Source: an uncultured Planctomycetota bacterium
GTDB taxonomy: Bacteria; Planctomycetota; Planctomycetia; Isosphaerales; Isosphaeraceae
NCBI GenBank assembly: GCA_963737655.1
Contig: CAVTTN010000002.1
Location: 5,184,001 to 5,248,000, forward strand
Direction of reading: 5' to 3'
DNA length: 64,000 nt
Shown here: piece by piece, positions 55,816 to 64,000 of the stretch
Layout: each line of letters starts with the position of its first letter
How positions within the stretch are numbered: position 1 is the first letter of the stretch
The notes under the pieces: model-generated
What the model was told of the DNA's origin: nothing
Database searches by the model: none
Seen by the model: the letters and a program-made list of their open reading frames with translations, nothing else
Made by a program: the position numbers and the translations under genes

Positions 55816-56403
55816 TCAGATCGAAGATCCCTCGCGACGGAGCCCCTGGCGAAAGGCGACGGCTCGGCCCAGGAGGGCGCCGCAGGCCCCAAGAGCCAGG
55901 GCCACCAGGGTGTGGCCGATGCGGTGGTGCTGACGCGCGACTTGGTTCCGAGAATAGACCCGGATTGACGGTTGCTGGCTGTCGGGCGTCTCGTCGAAGA
56001 CGGGCTCACGGTCGGAAGGATAGACGAGCATATCGGGGTCCTTGCCGCTGCCCACGAAAACTTCTTCGACCATCCCCGGCTCGGGTCCCTGGGTGAATCG
56101 CTCGGTGAGGGCCAGCAGGGGCGAGGCCAGCAGGGGAGGCGGGGGCGTCCCGTGAGGGATGGCCAAAGGCCCGAAGGCGACGGCGAGATACCCGCCGCAG
56201 GCGATGGCGAAGCCCGAGGCGGTCGCCCGGCCGATCCCCGTGGAGGCGACGGCGACGACGGCCGAGCCAAGGATCGCCAGCACGGCCATGGTGAAGAGTC
56301 CCGAAGCCCACAGGGGCGACGAGGCCCGGAGCGCGGCCAGGCCGACGGCCGCCAGGAGGACCAGGCCCATCAGGACGGCCACGGTCGGGCGGGGCGTCTT
56401 CAT
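55816..56403 (-). CDS. Multi-pass membrane hypothetical protein
   Basis: [18 protein letters not shown]-terminus, 3-4 TM helices, IGHTL motif. Confidence 0.7.
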   Translation of the reverse strand: MKTPRPTVAVLMGLVLLAAVGLAALRASSPLWASGLFTMAVLAILGSAVVAVASTGIGRATASGFAIACGGYLAVAFGPLAIPHGTPPPPLLASPLLALTERFTQGPEPGMVEEVFVGSGKDPDMLVYPSDREPVFDETPDSQQPSIRVYSRNQVARQHHRIGHTLVALALGACGALLGRAVAFRQGLRREGSSI

Positions 56404-56638
56404 GGCGGCGGGCCTCCCGGGTTGGTTGAGCAACGACCGGGGCCAGGATACTCGAAGTCGATCCGTCGGGATATCCGCGGAGGGGATTCGCCCGCTTCGG
56501 CGACCCGATCGGCCAGCGCATGGTGAGACCCCGGCGAAGTCGTCGGCCACGGCAACTCCAGGGCCCGCCTTCCTCCGTCCGGCCCGCGCCTGATAGAATC
56601 GGTTCCCGCACGTCGATCCTCCCCTCCAGGAGAAGGTC

Positions 56639-56830
56639 ATGCCGACCCAGACGCTGAAGGACGAGCTCCGGGAAATCGCCGACAAGCTCCCCGACGATGC
56701 CACGTGGGAAGACGTTCAGTACGCCATCTACGTCCGTCAGTCCATCGAGGCCGGGCTCAAGGATGCCAACGAGGGGCGGTTGGTCAGCTCCGAGGAGATC
56801 CGCAAGCGCTTTGGGCTCGAACGCGCATGA
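56639..56830 (+). CDS. Antitoxin of a RelE/ParE-type TA pair
   Basis: LPDDATWEDV.Y..YV...IE.GL.D..EGR...EE motif; AGGAG RBS. Confidence 0.85.
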   Translation: MPTQTLKDELREIADKLPDDATWEDVQYAIYVRQSIEAGLKDANEGRLVSSEEIRKRFGLERA

Positions 56831-57114
56831 ACGTCGACTGGACCGAGGCGGCCTCGAACGACCTTCGCGGCATCCAGGCTCATCTCTCCCGGCAATCGCC
56901 GGGATCGGCCCTCGGGGTCATCGGACGGATCGTCGATCGCGCCGATGGCCTCCCCAAGTTCCCTCGCCTCGGCCCGGTCGTCGCCGAGTATGCCGACGAG
57001 GACCTGCGAGAGGTCTTCGAAGATCCGTATCGGATCGTTTATCGGCTCCGGGAAGACCGGATCGAGGTCGTTGCGGTCGTCCACTCCGCCCGGAGGATGC
57101 CGAGGGGCCTGTAG
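56827..57114 (+). CDS. RelE/ParE family toxin
   Basis: V.WT..A..DL..I, FP.LG..V.E, RE....YRIVY, V.V.H..R; ATGA overlap. Confidence 0.9.
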   Translation: MNVDWTEAASNDLRGIQAHLSRQSPGSALGVIGRIVDRADGLPKFPRLGPVVAEYADEDLREVFEDPYRIVYRLREDRIEVVAVVHSARRMPRGL

Positions 57115-57257
57115 TCCCGGGCCGGACGGAAAAAGGGATCAGGAGCCGATTTTGAGCGGATTTCCAGCAGGCAGGTCCAGAAATCGGCTCCTGACCCCTT
57201 TTTCCGCAGGTCCAGAAATCGGCTCCTGACCCCTTTTTCCGTCCGGCCCGGGACTAC
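57111..57257. repeat. GTAG-terminated palindromic element with internal AAATCGGCTCCTGACCCC repeats
   Basis: GTAGTCCCGGGCCGGACGGAAAAAGGG...CCCTTTTTCCGTCCGGCCCGGGACTAC; internal direct duplication of GCAGGTCCAGAAATCGGCTCCTGACCCCTTTTTCCG. Confidence 0.9.
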
Positions 57258-57541
57258 CCGATCTCCTGGGGCACTTCGTCCGAGGCGTGGCGGATGGCCC
57301 CCCAGTCGATCGACGCGACCCAGCACCCCTGGTCCTCGTCGTAATCGACCATGCCCTCGGCCCGCAGCTCATCCGGACGGCCCTGGTCGTCGGCATCGTC
57401 GGAGTAGAAGGTCAGGACGAGTCCGCGAGCGAGTTCCAGCCCCAGGCGCCGCAGGTCGTCCCGGGTCCCCGCGCAGGTCAGGCGGAGCCGGTTTTCGTCG
57501 TCCGTGTTCTGGAAATCCGCGTAGATCCGAGGATGGTTCAT
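57254..57541 (-). CDS. Small acidic protein, probable immunity/antitoxin
   Basis: 95 aa; ADFQN.D...RLRL...GT..DL, W.A.IDW; start overlaps the upstream stop (ATGA). Confidence 0.65.
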   Translation of the reverse strand: MNHPRIYADFQNTDDENRLRLTCAGTRDDLRRLGLELARGLVLTFYSDDADDQGRPDELRAEGMVDYDEDQGCWVASIDWGAIRHASDEVPQEIG

Positions 57542-57917
57542 GACTCACTCCCGCGCGGCTGCGGCCGGCTCGGGTTCTTCACGGTCGGGAGGAATGCCCC
57601 GCTCGCCTCTTCCGGCGTCAGGCCATCGAGGGTCGCGTGGTACGGATTGCGACGGGTCGGGCTCGGATTCACCTGTCCTCCCAGCCGCCGGACCTCGCCG
57701 ACGGTGGTGACGCCGACTTGATTATGGGGGATTCCGGGGTAGCCCGAGGCCGGGTCGGGGCCGTGAGGTCGGCGAGCGAGGCCCCGGGCGCGGCATTCAC
57801 CGAGAGGCCCCGGAGCCTGCCGTCCTTGTCGCCCCGGACACCGGCCCCTTTTTCGAAGCTCGACGGCAGGTTCTGCCCACCTCGGACGACCAGGGCCTCG
57901 TCGGGCAAGTCCGCCAT
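57538..57917 (-). CDS. Putative ART-like/polymorphic-toxin-type domain, about 126 aa (frameshift near 57758)
   Basis: Joining two frames by adding one base gives VVRGG...GLSVN...IPHNQVGVTTVG...NPYH. Confidence 0.55.
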
Positions 57918-58021
57918 GATCCGATCGCTCGCCGGGGCCGTCTCGGCGCTGGGCCTCGCCGCTCCGGTCATCCGACCTCCCCGGAGGGACTCGGGATATC
58001 CCATCGCCCCCGCCGGCTTGC

Positions 58022-58049
58022 TTGACACCCCTCGCGCCTATCATACAAT
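58022..58049 (+). promoter_or_regulatory. Sigma70-type promoter of the mcsA-mcsA-mcsB operon
   Basis: TTGACA-N16-TACAAT about 65 bp upstream of the ATG at 58114. Confidence 0.7.
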
Positions 58050-58113
58050 CGTTGGTGAGGATTCGGCGCCACCCGGCGAGGCCCGGGAGGTCAGGGCGGC
58101 GGGAGGGCCGGGG

Positions 58114-58617
58114 ATGCAGCAGAAGTGCCAGAAGTGCGCCAAGCCGGCCACTTACCACATCACCGACATCGAGAAGGGCAAGCCTCGCGAGTACCACTTC
58201 TGCGACGAGCACGCCCGCCAGCACATCAACCCGCCCGAGGAAGCCGCCAGCCTGCCGATGGGCGACCTGGCCGTGGGCCTGATCAAGGGCTCGGGCCCCG
58301 GCCGCGAGCCGTCGGCGGCGGACAAGCAAACCTGCCCGGTCTGCCAGATCACCTTTTTGGAATTCCGCAACACCGGCCGCCTGGGCTGCCCCCACGATTA
58401 CGAGGTCTTCCGCAACGAATTGATGCCCCTGCTCGAGAACATCCACGACGAGACCCGCCACTGCGGCAAGGTCCCCCGCCGGGCCCCCAAGAATAGCCAG
58501 AGGCAGACCGAGCTCATCGAGCTCCGAAACAAACTCAAGCGAGCCGTGGCGGCCGAGGACTACGAGGCCGCCGCACGGCTCCGGGATCAGATCAAGGACA
58601 TCGAGCAGGAGCGATGA
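58114..58617 (+). CDS. mcsA: McsA-like protein arginine kinase activator (copy 1)
   Basis: CQKC, CDEH, CPVC, GRLGC, H.GK.P, C-terminal UVR domain EDYEAAARLRDQI. Confidence 0.88.
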   Translation: MQQKCQKCAKPATYHITDIEKGKPREYHFCDEHARQHINPPEEAASLPMGDLAVGLIKGSGPGREPSAADKQTCPVCQITFLEFRNTGRLGCPHDYEVFRNELMPLLENIHDETRHCGKVPRRAPKNSQRQTELIELRNKLKRAVAAEDYEAAARLRDQIKDIEQER

Positions 58618-58622
58618 GAACC

Positions 58623-58723
58623 GTGGGCGGTGGGCGGTGGGCGGTGGGCAGTGAAGAGGAAATCGGGTGCGGCTGGCCGTCGGTCGTCTCTTCACTGCCC
58701 ACTGCCCACCGCCCACGGCCCAC
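58623..58723. repeat. Inverted heptamer arrays (GTGGGCR)4 ... (TGCCCAC-like)4
   Basis: Same unit as 51893-52075, with stem extension GTGAAGAG/CTCTTCAC. Confidence 0.9.
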
Positions 58724-58735
58724 TCTCGACCCCCA

Positions 58736-59227
58736 ATGACGTGCCAGCGATGCAAGGCCGAGGCGACGGTCCAGTTGACCGAATCGGTCGAGGGCCGGTT
58801 GAAGGAGGTTCACCTGTGCCTCCGGTGCGCCCGGGAGGCCGGCGTCCCGTCCCCGGACTCGACGCCCGACCTGGCCCTGGATTCCGTCGTTCAGGGGCTG
58901 ATCACGGCCCACGTCGGCGAGCTCGTGGGGGAGCTGGCCCGGACGACCTGCCCCCTCTGCGGGATGAAGTTCATGGAATTCCGGATCGGAGGGCGGTTGG
59001 GCTGCCCGAATGATTACCTGGCCTTCGACCGAGGGCTGATCCCCCTGATCCGCCGGGCCCACGGCGTGACCCGCCACGTCGGCAAGGCCCCGAGGCGGAG
59101 GGCGTCCGAGGAGGCGGCCCTCGCCCTGAAGCTCCGGGCCGAACTCCGAGTGGCCGTCGGCCGCGAGGACTACGAAGAGGCGGCCAGGCTCCGCGACCTG
59201 CTCCGCCGGAAGGACGCCGACCGATGA
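58736..59227 (+). CDS. mcsA: McsA-like protein (copy 2)
   Basis: CQRC, CLRC, CPLC, GRLGC, HVGK.P, UVR domain. Confidence 0.88.
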   Translation: MTCQRCKAEATVQLTESVEGRLKEVHLCLRCAREAGVPSPDSTPDLALDSVVQGLITAHVGELVGELARTTCPLCGMKFMEFRIGGRLGCPNDYLAFDRGLIPLIRRAHGVTRHVGKAPRRRASEEAALALKLRAELRVAVGREDYEEAARLRDLLRRKDADR

Positions 59228-60288
59228 ACCTGGACGACCTGACGAGGACCTCCGGCGAATGGCTCAAGGGCTCCGGCCCCGAGAGCGACATCGTCATGTG
59301 TTCCCGGATCCGCCTGGCGAGGAACCTCGCCACCTTCCCCTTCATCAACCGCGCCAGCCGCTCCGAACGCGCCGAGATCGAGCGCGAGGTCCGCGCCGCC
59401 ATCGGCGAGGGCAGCGTCGATCTCGACTATCAGGACGTCCAGGCCCTCGGCCCGCTCGACCGCCAGTTCCTGGTCGAGCGGCAGTTGATCTCCCGAGAGC
59501 ACTCCAACGGCGACGGCCCCCGAGGCGTGGCCATCGGCCCCGAGGAGAACGTCTCGGTGATGGTCAATGAGGAGGACCACCTCCGCATCCAGGTCATGCA
59601 CTCCGGGCTCTCCCTGCCCGACGTCTGGGAACGGATCAACCGCCTGGACGACCGCCTGGAAGAGACCCTCACCTACGCCTTCTCGCCGCAGCTCGGCTAC
59701 CTGACCGCCTGCCCCACCAACGTCGGCACCGGCATCCGCGTGGGCGTGATGCTCCACCTGCCCGCCCTCGTCCAGACCAAGCAGATCGACAAGGTCTTCC
59801 GCGCCCTCCACAAGATCAACCTGGCCGTCCGCGGCCTGTATGGCGAGGGCACGCAGGCGTTCGGGGACTTCTACCAGATCTCCAACCAGCAGACCCTGGG
59901 CAAGAGCGAGCCCGAGCTGATCCGCAACCTTTCCGACGTGATCCCCCAGATCATCACGTATGAACGCCAGGCGAGGAAGGCGCTGGTGGAAGAGCGCCGC
60001 CAGCTCCTCCACGACCGCGTGAGCCGGGCCTATGGCGTCCTCAAGACGGCCCACACGATCTCCAGCGAGGAGACGATGCACCTCCTCTCCGACGTGAGGA
60101 TGGGGATCAACCTCGGCCTGATCGACGACCTGGAGATCCCCACGGTCAACGAGCTATTCATCCACACCCAGCCGGCCCACCTCCAGAAGATCCAGGGCCG
60201 CGCCCTGGAGGTCGACGACCGCAACATCGCCCGCGCCTCCTACCTCCGGAGCCGCCTGGGCAACGGCCGGCACTCGGCCGAATCGTAG
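59224..60288 (+). CDS. mcsB: Protein arginine kinase McsB
   Basis: SRIRLARNL, NEEDHLRIQ, GYLTACPTNVGTG, QISNQ.TLG. Confidence 0.95.
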   Translation: MNLDDLTRTSGEWLKGSGPESDIVMCSRIRLARNLATFPFINRASRSERAEIEREVRAAIGEGSVDLDYQDVQALGPLDRQFLVERQLISREHSNGDGPRGVAIGPEENVSVMVNEEDHLRIQVMHSGLSLPDVWERINRLDDRLEETLTYAFSPQLGYLTACPTNVGTGIRVGVMLHLPALVQTKQIDKVFRALHKINLAVRGLYGEGTQAFGDFYQISNQQTLGKSEPELIRNLSDVIPQIITYERQARKALVEERRQLLHDRVSRAYGVLKTAHTISSEETMHLLSDVRMGINLGLIDDLEIPTVNELFIHTQPAHLQKIQGRALEVDDRNIARASYLRSRLGNGRHSAES

Positions 60289-60354
60289 GGTGCATGAAAT
60301 GCACCATCTTCGATATGCGAGGAGCCGAAGATGGTGCCTTTCATGCACCCCACG
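60284..60354. repeat. REP doublet, GTAG family A
   Basis: GTAGGGTGCATGAAATGCACC plus a degenerate inverted copy; its TAG is the mcsB stop. Confidence 0.9.
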
Positions 60355-60435
60355 GGACGATTCCTCTTCCCCATCGCCAGCGCAGAACGGTACGATCGGC
60401 CATTCCAAGTCGCGGGAAGCACTCCGAGAGGCGAT

Positions 60436-61094
60436 ATGCACGACGGTCTGGATCTCGACCCGCATACCGTCCTGGGCCTGAGGCGGGGGGCGTCCGGCGA
60501 GGAGGTCCGCGAGGCCTTCCATCGCAAGTCGATGAAGTATCATCCGGATCATGGCGGGGACGACTGGGCGTTCAAGATCGTGGTCCGGGCGTATGAGGCG
60601 ATGGGGGTGATCGTCGAGAGGGAGCGGCTGGCGGCCCTCCGCGAGGTCCCCGACACCGGCCGGATTCGTCCCGGGGTCCACGACAAGGGCCTCGACCCGA
60701 CCCGGCTCGCCCACGTCGAGGTCGTCTGGATGAGGTACGAGGTCGGCGACCTCGTCGCCCTGATCGGCGACCGCTCCGAGGACCGCAATCTCAGCGGCTC
60801 CCTGACGATCTCCTGGCCCGGCCCCGAGCTCGCCGACCGGGCCAGAGCCTCCCCAACGCCCCGATGATCCTCCAGGCCCTGAACGCCTCGTTCGACGAGA
60901 TCCGCACCCGGACCCGCCCCACCGGCACCTCCTCGCGGATCGAGGACGGCCGGTTCCAGGCCAGCCTCGGCTTCGCCACCGGCCACGCCGCCTCCGACGC
61001 CTTCAAGCTCCTCCACCTGGGGCTCGAGGCCCAGGGGCTCGGCGCGAAGCAGTGGACCCGAGACGTGACGATCCCCAGGGAAGAAGGCGCCTGA
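60436..61094 (+). CDS. J-domain (DnaJ-like) protein (frameshift near 60855)
   Basis: DPH.VLGL..GAS.EEV..AF......HPD.GGD. Confidence 0.85.
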
Positions 61095-61216
61095 GCCGAC
61101 CGACCACCGGCCCGGACCAAGAGATCATCGCATCCCAGCCCGCCCCACGATCGCAAGAACCAAAGGGTGAGGGGACCGAGTCGAGACAGGCCCAGGCGGG
61201 CAAGGATTCTCGGCCC

Positions 61217-61286
61217 CGTAGGGTGCATGAAATGCACCATTTTCGGCCCACGCGAATCGAAAATGGTGCATTACATGCACCCTACG
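61217..61286. repeat. REP doublet, GTAG family A
   Basis: GTAGGGTGCATGAAATGCACCATTTTCG...CGAAAATGGTGCATTACATGCACCCTAC. Confidence 0.92.
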
Positions 61287-61304
61287 GGTCGCGAGGGAGC
61301 CCGA

Positions 61305-61792
61305 TCAACCGGCGACCGTCTTCCAGTGGCCAATCACGAACGGGCCCTTCGTCGGGGTGAGGTTCCCGCGCCCATCAGCGCCTCATAACCGGAAATTCCG
61401 CCCGAAACCCGCCGCAACTGACCCGAGCCGGCCAGGTGGAGCGTCCGCCCTCCGGGCAGGGTCAGTTGGAGCGAGACCTCGCCCCCGAACAACACGCCGA
61501 CGACCGGGTCTCGCGAGCCGTCCGAGTTGAACAGGTCGCCCACGACCTGACCCCGCCCATCGGCCACCCCGAGGACGATCGGGCCCTTCAACGAAAGGGT
61601 CTGGCCGTGGGCGATCGGCAAGGATCCCTCGAAAACCCGGTAGCGAGCCAGCTCCGCTGCCGCCGAGGTCGCGGCAGGATGGGCATGCCCCCCGCCGCTC
61701 GGCAAGTCCCGAGGCTCGCACCGCTCCAAAATCGGGCGGACCGCCGTCCGACGACGACCGCCGCCCCTCGCACGCCCGAATACCCCGACCAT
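61305..61792 (-). CDS. Hypothetical protein with planctomycete LEPR-like N-terminal motif (likely indel near the 3' end)
   Basis: RRR..RP.LERCEPRDLPS leader; beta-rich body; the ORF as sequenced stops at 61334. Confidence 0.55.
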
Positions 61793-61886
61793 GACGCCCT
61801 CCCTGGATGCCGAGGCGCCGGGAGGGCGCCCCATGCATCCATCCTATCCCATCGAGGGACCGGACGAGAAGGTGAGGCCGGGGATT

Positions 61887-63644
<1,758 letters not shown>

Positions 63645-63646
63645 TC

Positions 63647-64000
63647 ATGACGGCGACTTCCTCCCGCCCGTGGACGGTTTCGCGGATCTTCCGGCGCCGA
63701 TGGCCGTGGGTCGTGGGCTCGATCCCCCTGATCATCGCGGCGATTTGCGGGTGGCTGACCGCCTCGCTCGACCCGCTCGGGCCCGAGGCCGCCCGGCCGA
63801 TCGAGCGCAAGGCGCCCCCGAAGGTCGCCGTCGCCGCCTGGCCCGAGACGGCCCTGGACGGCCCGGAGGCCAAGCAAATCCTCCTGGACTCGCTGTCGCA
63901 GGCGAGGGCCCGGCTCGAAGCGGCCGGGGGCTACACCGCCACCTTCCGCCGCCGGGAGCGCGTCAACGACGCGTTGGGGGACGAGCAGGTCATCCGGATG
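63647..64000 (+). CDS. DUF1571-like protein (3'-truncated by the window)
   Basis: Open frame to the window end: TM helix, then YTATFRRRERVNDALGDEQVIRM. Confidence 0.7.
   Translation, partial: MTATSSRPWTVSRIFRRRWPWVVGSIPLIIAAICGWLTASLDPLGPEAARPIERKAPPKVAVAAWPETALDGPEAKQILLDSLSQARARLEAAGGYTATFRRRERVNDALGDEQVIRM

Noticed and set aside
53841..56270. 809-aa TrpE fusion
   Set aside because: An extra base near 54220 reads TrpE into a downstream gene that has its own RBS; the corrected TrpE ends at 54164, and the N-terminal extension overlaps another gene.

Overview
High-GC bacterial chromosomal segment, almost certainly from a planctomycete (Isosphaeraceae-like), based on DUF1549/DUF1553, DUF1559 with H-X9-DG, TIGR03067, DUF1571, prenyltransferase-repeat and tandem mcsA-mcsA-mcsB genes. 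It carries about 60 protein genes. Housekeeping genes include rho, rsmH, queA, tatD, fur, nusA-infB-DUF503-rbfA, trpE, mcsB and thiC. There is also a sigma54 two-component system, two type II toxin-antitoxin pairs, an intact REP-associated tyrosine transposase (RAYT) and an IS630 remnant. About 16 genes, including essential infB, are split by apparent single-base indels, so these are most likely long-read assembly errors. I found no rRNA, tRNA or CRISPR array. The most interesting signals are: (i) three standalone effector-like enzymes with no delivery domain, namely a CNF1/BLF1-like Cys-His deamidase (17184-18095), a papain-fold protease (30036-30617) and a putative ART-like toxin coupled to a probable immunity gene (57254-57917), the last hidden by a frameshift; (ii) many intergenic palindromes, including several GTAG-type REP/REPIN families that often supply host TAG stop codons, and separate families of inverted 7-9-mer tandem arrays, one forming a ~460-bp nested palindrome. 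All family assignments come from motif recognition by eye; no searches were run.
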